Translations under genes and position numbers: made by a program
The notes under the pieces: generated by a model
Databases searched by the model: none
The model's input: only the letters and a program-made list of their open reading frames with translations
Told to the model about the DNA's origin: nothing
In this document: positions 17,658 to 26,063 of the stretch, in pieces
Position numbering within the stretch: position 1 is the stretch's first letter
Layout of the letters: every line of letters begins with the position of its first letter
Origin: Deltaproteobacteria bacterium
GTDB taxonomy: Bacteria > Myxococcota_A > UBA796 > UBA2385
Direction of reading: 5' to 3'
DNA length: 64,000 nt
NCBI GenBank assembly: GCA_018401435.1
Contig: JAGYJW010000023.1
Location: forward strand, 25,327 to 89,326

Positions 17658-17782
17658 CGAATCATCCAGCCAGGACCTGGGAGCGGCGCAGCTGCCAGCT
17701 CCGGAGAGGATACGGACCTGCGGCAACTATCCTGAGGCCCGGCGGGCACGGCGGCCCCCTTCCGCGGGCCGGGAGAGCGAAA

Positions 17783-19045
17783 ATGCGTATCCTCTACGGC
17801 GTCGTGGGTGAAGGCATGGGCCACGCCACCCGCAGCCGGGTTGTGTTGGAGCACCTGCTCCAGGCTGGCCATCAGCTGCATGTCGTGGTGAGCGGGCGGG
17901 CCCACAGCTTCCTGACCTCGGCCTTTCAGGATCGCCAGGGCTATGGGCCCGGGCGGATTGAAATCACCGAGATTGCCGGCTTGCACCTGGTCTATGACGA
18001 ACGCGGCGTGGACAAGAGCGCGTCGTTGTGGTCCAACCTGGGCAATGCGCCCGAGGGCATCGCCAAGAACCTCGCAGCCTATGGCGCGGTGGCGCGGCGC
18101 CTGCATCCGGACCTGGTGATCAGCGATTTCGAGAGCTGGGCCTATCTCTTCGCCCGCAACCACGATCTGCCCGTCATCAGCATCGACAATATGCAGGTGA
18201 TCAACCGCTGCCGGCACAGCCCCGACCTCAAGGCGGGGCGGGGCGGGTTGCCCGCCCTGGACTACCGGATCGCCAAGCTGAGCGTGAAGGCCAAGGTGCC
18301 GGGGGCCTACCACTACTTGATCAGCTCCTTCTTCTTTCCACCGGTGCGCAAGGCGCGCACCACGCTGGTGCCGCCCATCCTGCGCCCCGAGCTGCTCGCA
18401 GCCCGGCGCGAGCCCGGCGACCACCTGCTGGTCTACCAGACGGCGGCCAACAACCAGGCCCTGCTGCCGCTGCTGGGCCGCCTGCCCCTGCCCTGCCGGG
18501 TCTATGGCATGGGTACCGACCGGCCCGATGGCCTGGCCGAATCCGTGTCCTTGCGGCCCTTCTCGCAGCAGGGCTTCATCGACGACCTGCGCACGGCCCG
18601 GGGCGTCGTCGCGGGGGGCGGCTTCTCGTTGATGGGCGAGGCCGTGCACCTGCAGGTGCCCTTGCTCGCCATCCCCCTTCGCAAGCAGTTCGAACAAGAG
18701 CTGAACGCCCGCTACCTGGACCGCCTGGGCTACGGCCGCTTCAACACCGAACCCACCGAAGATGCGCTGATAGACTTCATCTCCGAGCTGGACACCCTCA
18801 GCGAGGGCCTGGCAGCCTACCGCCCGCGGGACAACAGCATGCTCTTTGGTTGCCTGGATGAGCTGCTGGGCCGGGTGGCGCTGGGCGAGCCGCCCCCCGA
18901 GGCCCTGGACCACCCCAACCTGGGCGACCGGCTGAGCAGCCGCATCGCCGCCCGCCTGGGCGAGAACGCGCTGGGCGACGAGGAGGACGAGGTGGTAGGG
19001 GAGGACGGGGGCGACGGGGACCGCGCGGGGACGCCCGGGCGCTGA
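17783..19045 (+). CDS. Glycosyltransferase (GT-B, MJ1255/GT28-like) with an acidic C-terminal tail
   Basis: The start 'MRILYGVVGEGMGHATRSRVV' is typical of the MJ1255-type glycosyltransferase family. A Shine-Dalgarno-like GGGAGAG sits upstream. The gene is divergent from the hydrolase gene. Confidence 0.75.
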   Translation: MRILYGVVGEGMGHATRSRVVLEHLLQAGHQLHVVVSGRAHSFLTSAFQDRQGYGPGRIEITEIAGLHLVYDERGVDKSASLWSNLGNAPEGIAKNLAAYGAVARRLHPDLVISDFESWAYLFARNHDLPVISIDNMQVINRCRHSPDLKAGRGGLPALDYRIAKLSVKAKVPGAYHYLISSFFFPPVRKARTTLVPPILRPELLAARREPGDHLLVYQTAANNQALLPLLGRLPLPCRVYGMGTDRPDGLAESVSLRPFSQQGFIDDLRTARGVVAGGGFSLMGEAVHLQVPLLAIPLRKQFEQELNARYLDRLGYGRFNTEPTEDALIDFISELDTLSEGLAAYRPRDNSMLFGCLDELLGRVALGEPPPEALDHPNLGDRLSSRIAARLGENALGDEEDEVVGEDGGDGDRAGTPGR

Positions 19046-19054
19046 ACGAAGCCG

Positions 19055-19504
19055 TCAGTGCGTGGCCATGCTGTCCGGAAGACGCACCACATCTACATAC
19101 TCATCGAGCAGATCGAAGATCCGCTCATAGCCCGGCCCCGCATCCCGCTTGGTGATGTAGCCAGCGGCCCGCAGGCGATAGGCCTCGGCGACGTCCTCTT
19201 CGAGATCGGAGGTGGTGAGCACAAAGACGGGCGCCACGCACAAGGCGCTGTCGCGGTGGATCTCAGCCAACAGCTCCAGGCCGCTCATGCCGGGCATGCG
19301 CAGGTCGAGGAGCAGCACGGTGCCGTGGGGCAGCGTGGCCGTGCGCAGGTGCTCCAGCGCGGCGCGCGCGTTGGGCAAGGACAAGAAGCCGTAGCGGTCG
19401 CCGCGACGGAGGGCACCGCGACGCACAAGTTCGACGTCCACGTCATTGTCGTCGATCATCACGATGTGGTTTTCGGGCATGTCGCGCTGCATGGTGGGGC
19501 TCAT
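19055..19504 (-). CDS. Single-domain response regulator (REC)
   Basis: Supporting motifs are 'IVMIDDNDVD', the phospho-acceptor context 'LLLDLRMPGMSG' and 'GYITK'. The start overlaps the upstream HK stop by ATGA. Confidence 0.9.
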   Translation of the reverse strand: MSPTMQRDMPENHIVMIDDNDVDVELVRRGALRRGDRYGFLSLPNARAALEHLRTATLPHGTVLLLDLRMPGMSGLELLAEIHRDSALCVAPVFVLTTSDLEEDVAEAYRLRAAGYITKRDAGPGYERIFDLLDEYVDVVRLPDSMATH

Positions 19505-21039
19505 TCCGAGTCCTCCTGCGGGTCTTCAAGCAGGGGGAAGGTCAGCGTGAAGGTCGCCCCCCGCCCGGGTAGGCTGTGCACGTCGATCTCACCTCCGGCG
19601 TCGCTGACCAGCTTCCAGCAGGTGCTCAGGCCGATGCCGGTCCCGCCGCGATCCCCCCGGGTGGTGTAGAAGGGCTCGAAGATCCGAGAGCGCACCTCGA
19701 GGGTCATGCCCGGCCCGTCGTCGGTGACGACCACCCGGATCGCGGGCCCGCGGGGGAGATCGCGCAGAAGGTCCACGCTGATGCCGATGCGCCCGGGACC
19801 GGACAAGGCCGCGTTTGCGTTGGCGACGAGGTTGGTGAAGACCCGCTCCAAGGACAAGGGGTCGATGGCCGCGCGAAGGGGGCCCTCGGCCACCTCGAGC
19901 AGCAGCTCTTGTCCCGCACTGAGCAGCTTGCGCAGCATGGGCTCCAATGCGTAGAGGACGGCCGCCACATCGCAGTCTGCGCGGTTGACAGAGCTGCGCG
20001 GGGCCAGGGTCAGCAGCTGCCGGGTGAGGGCGCTGGCCCGCGATGCCGCCGAGAGGATGAGGTCCGCGTCGCCGGGGTCGAGGCCGGCCTGTTCGAGGTC
20101 CATCCGCAGCAGCGAGGCGGCCCCCACGATGGCGGTGAGGATGTTGTTGTAGTCGTGGGCGACCGTCGCCGCGAGACGGCCGACGGCCTCCATCTTGAGG
20201 GCCACCCCCAAGCGCTGCTCCATGCGCCAGACCTCGCTGGTATCCAGCACCAGGACGAGCACCCGGCGCCCCCCCCCGCTCTCCTTGACCGGCTCCAGCC
20301 AGACCGAGAGCCGGTGATCGGCCAGGACGAGGTCTACCCGGGCGGGCGTCGCCTGCCGCAGGCTCTGCCGCGCTGCGCGCACCAGCGGGTGGTATTCCAA
20401 GCCCAGGGCCGAACGGTCGGCGATGGCGCGTTCGACCTCGGTGGCGAGGCGGGATCGCAGGGTGCCGTCAAAGCGGGCGCCCCCTTGCCAGGACAAGACG
20501 CGCGAATCGTCGAAGATGCCCACCAGCGCCGGCAACGCATGCAGCACCATGGACATCTGCTGCCGCTCTCGGCGCAGATTCGAGTTGGCCTGTTCCAAGG
20601 CAACGGCCCGATCCTGCAGGGCCTCGCGCTCACTGTCCAGCGCCCGACGCGACCGATCCCTCTCGATGGCATAGTCGATGGCCCGGCGGAGCTGTTCGCC
20701 ATCCAGGCCGCCCTTGGACAGGTAGTCCATCGCGCCAGCCTTCATGGCCGCCACCGCGACACCCTCGTCGCCCTGTCCGGTCAAGAAGACCACCGGCGTG
20801 TCCCGAGAGACCTGGGCGGCCACATTCAGCCCGTCTGCGTCGGGCAGGTGGAAGTCCACCAGGGCGCAGTCCACCTTTGCGCGAGCCAACACCCGGCGCG
20901 CCGACGCAAAATCGGGCGCCTCGACCACCTGGCAGCTGCCCGAGAGCATGCGCCGCACCACCTCGCGGTCGACCGCGTTGTCTTCGATGACCAGCACACG
21001 GGGGGCTTCTGTTGGACCTTGCGTGTAGATGGGACTCAT
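19501..21039 (-). CDS. Response-regulator receiver / sensor histidine kinase hybrid (REC-PAS-like-HisKA-HATPase)
   Basis: The N-terminal REC has 'VLVIEDNAVD' and 'DFHLPDADG'. The H-box is 'VAHDYNNILTAI' and the G2 box is 'GTGIGLSTCWKLV'. The ATG at 21039 overlaps the upstream stop (ATGA). Confidence 0.88.
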   Translation of the reverse strand: MSPIYTQGPTEAPRVLVIEDNAVDREVVRRMLSGSCQVVEAPDFASARRVLARAKVDCALVDFHLPDADGLNVAAQVSRDTPVVFLTGQGDEGVAVAAMKAGAMDYLSKGGLDGEQLRRAIDYAIERDRSRRALDSEREALQDRAVALEQANSNLRRERQQMSMVLHALPALVGIFDDSRVLSWQGGARFDGTLRSRLATEVERAIADRSALGLEYHPLVRAARQSLRQATPARVDLVLADHRLSVWLEPVKESGGGRRVLVLVLDTSEVWRMEQRLGVALKMEAVGRLAATVAHDYNNILTAIVGAASLLRMDLEQAGLDPGDADLILSAASRASALTRQLLTLAPRSSVNRADCDVAAVLYALEPMLRKLLSAGQELLLEVAEGPLRAAIDPLSLERVFTNLVANANAALSGPGRIGISVDLLRDLPRGPAIRVVVTDDGPGMTLEVRSRIFEPFYTTRGDRGGTGIGLSTCWKLVSDAGGEIDVHSLPGRGATFTLTFPLLEDPQEDSE

Positions 21040-22250
21040 CGCCCGCCCTCTGCGATCCAGTAAACCGGCCAACGCACTTCGAAGCGGGCGCCTCGGCCTT
21101 CGGAGGAGACGCTGATTTGACCGCCGAGCCGTTCAACCGCCCGCTGCACGATGGCCAGCCCGATGCCGGTACCCGGCGCCGTCGTACCCAATCGGCAGAA
21201 GACATCGAAGATGCGGGCGTGGTGTTCGCGGGGGATGCCCGGGCCATCGTCGGTGACGCTGAGCACCAGCTGCGGTCCATCGACCTCTGCGGCCACCTGC
21301 AGGTGGCCACGGTCGCGATCGTGGTGCCGCCAGGCGTTGGCCACGAGGTTGCGCAGCACGGTCTCGAAGGGTGCGCGGGGGCCGGTGATCACCAGATCGG
21401 CATCAATCGCGACATCGACGGGGAAGGCGTCGGGCACCGCCGCGACGGTGATGGCGCGGCGCGCCGCCGCCAGGACGCCCACCGGTTCGGAGACATAGGG
21501 CGCCCGGGCCTCGCGGCTCCAGGCGAGCAGGTCCACCAGCAGATCGTCCATGCGGCGCACCCGCTGCACCATGGCGTGCAGGTGGCCACGGCTGTGGGCG
21601 GGCAGCAGATCCCCCACATCCTCCAGCAGAAAGCCCGCCAGATTCTCGACATCCCGCAGGGGCGCCCGCAAGTCGTGGCTGGCGGCATAGGCGAACTGGT
21701 CCAGCTGTGCGAAGGCCCGGTTGAGTTCGACCAGGCGGGTCTGCGTCAGCCGGCGCTGCTCTTCTTGTTCGGAGATGTCCCGAAAGAGCACGCAGAGGTG
21801 GCGTTCGGGCAACGGATAGCAGAAGACCTCGTAGTGCCGCTTCTCGTGCTCAGGGTCGGCGTATTCGATGCGCCAGCTGAGGGCCTCGCCCTCGGTGATC
21901 ACCCGGCGATAGCGATCGGGGACCGGCGTGCTGTTGATTCCGGGGGTGGCATCCCCCAGGCGCATGCCGATGCGGCGCTGGGGATCCCGGCCGGTCACGC
22001 TGGCCACCGCCGCGTTGGCATCGATGAGCACCAGATCTTCGGGATCGCTGGCATCGGCCCACCGGTAGATTTGGCCCGCCAGTGGCATATCGGCGAAGAC
22101 GCTGTGGTAACGCGCCAGGTCCGAGGCCTGGGGGCTGCCTTGGGACGGGACCACGGGGGCGCCGGCGATAGGGGGCGAACCGACATCGGGCTCACCCCAA
22201 CCCAAGGACCCTTGGAGATCCTGGAAGGAGTCGGGCTTTGGCGGGCTCAT
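21036..22250 (-). CDS. PAS-domain sensor histidine kinase
   Basis: The H-box is 'ASHDLRAPLRDV' and the HATPase motifs are 'NAWRHH' and 'GTGIGLAIVQRAVERLGG'. Confidence 0.88.
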   Translation of the reverse strand: MSPPKPDSFQDLQGSLGWGEPDVGSPPIAGAPVVPSQGSPQASDLARYHSVFADMPLAGQIYRWADASDPEDLVLIDANAAVASVTGRDPQRRIGMRLGDATPGINSTPVPDRYRRVITEGEALSWRIEYADPEHEKRHYEVFCYPLPERHLCVLFRDISEQEEQRRLTQTRLVELNRAFAQLDQFAYAASHDLRAPLRDVENLAGFLLEDVGDLLPAHSRGHLHAMVQRVRRMDDLLVDLLAWSREARAPYVSEPVGVLAAARRAITVAAVPDAFPVDVAIDADLVITGPRAPFETVLRNLVANAWRHHDRDRGHLQVAAEVDGPQLVLSVTDDGPGIPREHHARIFDVFCRLGTTAPGTGIGLAIVQRAVERLGGQISVSSEGRGARFEVRWPVYWIAEGGR

Positions 22251-22364
22251 GTCGCTGCCGGCAATGCGAGGCTGACTATGGCCCCTTGTCGCAGCAACCG
22301 CAGCGCCGGGTTCGAAGAAGATGCAGGTCTAAGGCCGATGGATACAGTATTCAAGACGGGCTCC

Positions 22365-22395
22365 GGCTCAGGTGGGGAAAACAAGCACCTGAGCC
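22365..22395 (-). terminator. Perfect 10-bp stem / 11-nt loop hairpin downstream of rarA (candidate terminator or RNA element)
   Basis: GGCTCAGGTG (22365-22374) pairs perfectly with CACCTGAGCC (22386-22395). The hairpin lies in an unusually A/T-rich spacer. No U-tract follows it on either strand. Confidence 0.3.
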
Positions 22396-22497
22396 ATGAA
22401 CACAGCCTACTGCAGCCCGAAGCGTGTCGGAAGCCCGCCACGAGCTTTGACAATCCGCGCCAAATTCTTACCATTAGGAAAGGCAGTCCGCGAAACT

Positions 22498-24714
22498 TCA
22501 GCGTGGAAGCCTGCGAATCTCCAGCAATAGGGTGGTGCCGCCCCAGCTGACCTCTGCGCCGGCCAGGCTGCGGCGGGCGGCGGCTTCGATGCGGGCGAGG
22601 CAGGCGGAGTCCAGCTGCGCCGCGAGCCGCTCCCGGTAGCCAGCGGGGCGCGGGGCAAACCAGCGGTCCAGCGTGCCCTCCGTGACCTGCAGCGCGTGGC
22701 GGGTGGGCAGCCGCCCAAGCTGCAGGCCGCGGTCCGGGGCGCCCAACAGCGCCTGCCAGGCCTCGGCCGTCCAGCGGGTGAGCGGGTCTTGCGGGTCGCT
22801 GTAGATCACGTCTTCGGCGTGGGCCCAGGCCGCGAGATCGGCAGGCGCCAGGGCATCTGGCGAGACCAGGGCGCTGATGCGTTGGGTGTCCCGGGCGAGG
22901 GTCTCGAGCAGCAGCAGGCGCCCCTCCGGCAAGAGCAAGGGCAGCAGCTCGGCGACCCAGGCCGCTGGATCGGCCGCCTGCGTGAGCCGGTCGCGCCCGA
23001 GGATGCGGTCGAAGCGCAGCCCCCCCACGGCCTCGGCCAGGGCTCCGGTGACCACCTGGGGCCGCTGCAGGGCCGGCAGGCGCTCGGCGAGGCCGCGCAG
23101 GCCGGCAACCTCGCCCGCTTCGGCCGCCCAGGCCCACACGCCGCCCTCGGGCACCTGGCGCAGGGCCTCCCAGGTCAACAGGCCCGTGCCCGGCTGCAGG
23201 TCCAGGACGAGGTGGTGGCGCTGCAGGCGGGCCGCAGCAAAGAGGGCGTCCCGCAAGCTGGCCAGGCGGGCCCCGGCTTGGGAGGCCGTGCGGTGCAGCC
23301 AGCGCTCCAAGCGGGGATCTTGGGGGCCCGTGCTGAGCTGCTCCACCGGCGCCAGCCCCGCGCCCTCCACCATGGCGGCCAGCTGCGCCTCTCGGCGCCG
23401 GGCCAGCTCCGGGCCCACCTGGCCCTCCCAACCCTGGGTGGAGGGCTGCCAGAAGACCCGCCCTCTCAGCGCGTCGGGCAGGTACTGCTGGGCCACCCAG
23501 TGGTCGCGGTAGGCATGCGGATAGAGGTAGCCCTCGCCGTGGCCAAAGCCCTCCTTGTCCCGGCTGCCGTCCTTGAGGTGCACCGGCACATCGCCGGCGC
23601 GCTCCTCGGCCACCGCGGCCAGGGCGTCGAAGAAGGCCATGGCGCTGTTGCTCTTGGGCGCCGCAGCCAGGTAGAGCGTGGCATGGGCGAGGTGGTAGCG
23701 GCCCTCGGGCAGGCCCACCCGGTCATAGGTGCTGGCGCAGGCCGAAACCAGGTCGATGGCGTGGGGGTCGGCCAGGCCGATGTCTTCACAAGCCAGGATG
23801 AGCAGCCGGCGAAAGATGAAGCGGGGGTCCTCGCCCGCATAGACCATGCGGGCCAGCCAATAGAGCGCCGCGTCGGGGTCGCTGCCCCGCACGGACTTGA
23901 TGAAGGCGCTGATGGTGTCGAAGTGGGCGTCGCCCTCTTTGTCGTAGAGCACGGCCCGGCGCTGGATGCTCTCTTCGGCCACCGACAGGTCGATGCGTTG
24001 GGTGCCATCGGGGCCCACCGGCGTGGTCTCCACCGCCAGCTCCAAGGCGTTGAGGGCCGCGCGCGCGTCGCCGTTGGCAACGCCGACAATATGCTCCAGC
24101 GCTCCATCTTCAAGGATGACAGGGCGGGCCCCGAAGCCCCGCTCGGCGTCGGCCAGCGCCGCGATCAGCACTGCAGAGACGTCGGCATCGGTGAGGGGCA
24201 GCAGCTGGAAGATGCGGGAGCGGCTGACCAGCGCCTTGTTGACCTCGAAGTAGGGGTTTTCGGTGGTGGCCCCCACCAGCACCACGGTCCCGTTCTCGAC
24301 CCAGGGCAGCAGCGCGTCCTGTTGCGCCTTGTTGAAGCGGTGCACCTCATCCACGAAGAGGATGGTGCGTTCGCCGTGGCTGTCCCGGCGATCCCGGGCC
24401 TCGCCCACCGCCGTGCGGATGTCGCCCACCCCCGCCAGCACCGCGTTGATGGCCACGAAGCGGGCCCGCGTGGCCCCCGCGATCACCCGCGCCAGGGTGG
24501 TCTTGCCGGTGCCGGGGGGCCCATGCAGGATCAGGCTGGAGATCTGGTCGGCTTCGATGGCCCGACGCAACAGGCGCCCTGGCCCGATGATGTGCTGCTG
24601 GCCGCAGTACTCATCCAGATTCCGAGGCCGCATGCGCGCGGCCAGGGGCTCGGGCGGCGGCGGCATCGTGAGGCGCTGTTGGGCGGAGGGCGGCTTGGGC
24701 GTGCGGGGGGACAT
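22498..24714 (-). CDS. rarA: Replication-associated recombination protein A (RarA/MgsA AAA+ ATPase) with a C-terminal ~290-aa methyltransferase-like extension
   Basis: RarA features are Walker A 'GPPGTGKTT', 'ILFVDEVHRFNK', an MgsA_C region ('DAHFDTISAFIKSVRGSDPDAALYWLARM') and 'YLYPH'. A class-I MTase-like segment follows ('HHLVLDLQPGTGLLT', 'LLPEGRLLLLE'). The ATG is at 24714. Confidence 0.85.
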   Translation of the reverse strand: MSPRTPKPPSAQQRLTMPPPPEPLAARMRPRNLDEYCGQQHIIGPGRLLRRAIEADQISSLILHGPPGTGKTTLARVIAGATRARFVAINAVLAGVGDIRTAVGEARDRRDSHGERTILFVDEVHRFNKAQQDALLPWVENGTVVLVGATTENPYFEVNKALVSRSRIFQLLPLTDADVSAVLIAALADAERGFGARPVILEDGALEHIVGVANGDARAALNALELAVETTPVGPDGTQRIDLSVAEESIQRRAVLYDKEGDAHFDTISAFIKSVRGSDPDAALYWLARMVYAGEDPRFIFRRLLILACEDIGLADPHAIDLVSACASTYDRVGLPEGRYHLAHATLYLAAAPKSNSAMAFFDALAAVAEERAGDVPVHLKDGSRDKEGFGHGEGYLYPHAYRDHWVAQQYLPDALRGRVFWQPSTQGWEGQVGPELARRREAQLAAMVEGAGLAPVEQLSTGPQDPRLERWLHRTASQAGARLASLRDALFAAARLQRHHLVLDLQPGTGLLTWEALRQVPEGGVWAWAAEAGEVAGLRGLAERLPALQRPQVVTGALAEAVGGLRFDRILGRDRLTQAADPAAWVAELLPLLLPEGRLLLLETLARDTQRISALVSPDALAPADLAAWAHAEDVIYSDPQDPLTRWTAEAWQALLGAPDRGLQLGRLPTRHALQVTEGTLDRWFAPRPAGYRERLAAQLDSACLARIEAAARRSLAGAEVSWGGTTLLLEIRRLPR

Positions 24715-24722
24715 GGCCGCCC

Positions 24723-25901
24723 TTAGCGCGGGGGCGCCGCCGGGTCGGGGGCGTGGGCCACCCGCATGCTCTCGGTGCCCACCATGACCGATACGCAGCG
24801 CCACAGACGCAGCCAAACCGAGTCTTGAACATAGGGCAGGCCGTGCTTCTCGCAGATCGCCTTCATTTGCGGCTGGAGCTTGCGGTAGGCCAGCAGCGAC
24901 AGGTCGGGCCAGGCGTGGTGCTCGATCTGGTAGTTCAGCCAGCCATGCATCAGATCGTTGAGATCGCCGCCGGTGCGGTAGTTCGCAGAGCCCAGGATCT
25001 GGCGCTGGTAGAAGTCGCCGCGGCCGGTGGTGCTGTGTTCGAAGCGCCAGAGATCGCGGCCCGCGTGGTTGGGCACGATGACCAGGAAGCTGTGCAGGTT
25101 GACCAGCCACTCGGCGAGCAGGCTGTTGATGGCGGCGCTCGCCATGGCCCAGGCGCCCAGGGGCAGAAAGACCAGGGGCAGCAGCACGAAGTTGATCAGG
25201 CCATAGGGCAGCAGGCAGGTGAAGACGAAGCGCCAGAAGGCCGGGCGGTGGGGCAGCCACTCGCGGAAGGGGAAGGGGCCCTGCACGGGTCCACGACCGC
25301 CGCGGTGGGCGTCGAGGTAGCGCAGCGCGTTGGGGGCGTAGTAGCCCCAGCGCCAGATGGAGGCGCCGATGGCCACCAGCAGGTAGCGCAAGGGCATGGG
25401 GATGCTGGACTCGCGCAGCCAGGACAGGTTGGCCTCAACCAGGTCGGGGTCCCCCGCCTCGTTGAGCTTGTAATGGTGCAGTCGGTCGTGCTCGTACTTC
25501 CACGACGCGGGCTCGAGCCAGTCCAACCAGTCGATGAAGCGGCGGCGGCCCTCGCCGAACTGCTTGGGGTCGAGGTGGGGGCGCCCCTCGCGGAACTGCC
25601 GGTAGCCCCCGTGGCTGGTGTGGTGGGCCACGGTGGTCCAGCGCAAGAAGCGGCCCATGCTCAGCAGCGCCACGCTGATGGGGTTGGGGGCCACAAAGGA
25701 TGTGGCCCACCCCAGCAGCGTGCACAGGCGCCCCAGCAGCGACACCCGCGCGAAGTGGCGACGGTCGTCGTCGCCGACGGCCTCGCGCGCGGCCCGCCCG
25801 GCAGCATCCAGATCGGTCTGGAGAGCCTGCAGGGCGTCTCCGGTGAGCAAGGGGTTGCGGGATGTGGGCGCGTTCAAGGGCTCCTCCAAGGGCCCCCCCA
25901 T
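24723..25901 (-). CDS. Membrane fatty acid desaturase family protein
   Basis: Three His boxes are present: 'HHTSH', 'HDRLHH' and 'QIEHH'. The ATG is at 25901. Only 8 nt separate this gene from rarA. Confidence 0.88.
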   Translation of the reverse strand: MGGPLEEPLNAPTSRNPLLTGDALQALQTDLDAAGRAAREAVGDDDRRHFARVSLLGRLCTLLGWATSFVAPNPISVALLSMGRFLRWTTVAHHTSHGGYRQFREGRPHLDPKQFGEGRRRFIDWLDWLEPASWKYEHDRLHHYKLNEAGDPDLVEANLSWLRESSIPMPLRYLLVAIGASIWRWGYYAPNALRYLDAHRGGRGPVQGPFPFREWLPHRPAFWRFVFTCLLPYGLINFVLLPLVFLPLGAWAMASAAINSLLAEWLVNLHSFLVIVPNHAGRDLWRFEHSTTGRGDFYQRQILGSANYRTGGDLNDLMHGWLNYQIEHHAWPDLSLLAYRKLQPQMKAICEKHGLPYVQDSVWLRLWRCVSVMVGTESMRVAHAPDPAAPPR

Positions 25902-26063
25902 GTAGCGCAGGGCGCCCGAATCGTCGGCCCGGATTCGGCAGCGCCCCGCCGTCCCTGCCCCAGGACAGGGTAGAAAGCGATGGACCCCCGCCGCCCTTGC
26001 AAGCGTCTTTGCGCTTGAAGGTTTCTCTTGTCGCCCTGCACCCATGGCGCCCGGATCCCCACC

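Noticed and set aside
25915-25938. The inverted repeat CCGAATC-N9-GATTCGG upstream of the desaturase gene shares its GAATCGG/CCGATTC arms with the hairpin at 59692-59712. This raised the possibility of a repeated palindromic element family.
   Set aside because: There are only two copies, with different loops and flanks. A 7-nt match is not significant over 64 kb. Genome-wide counts would be needed.
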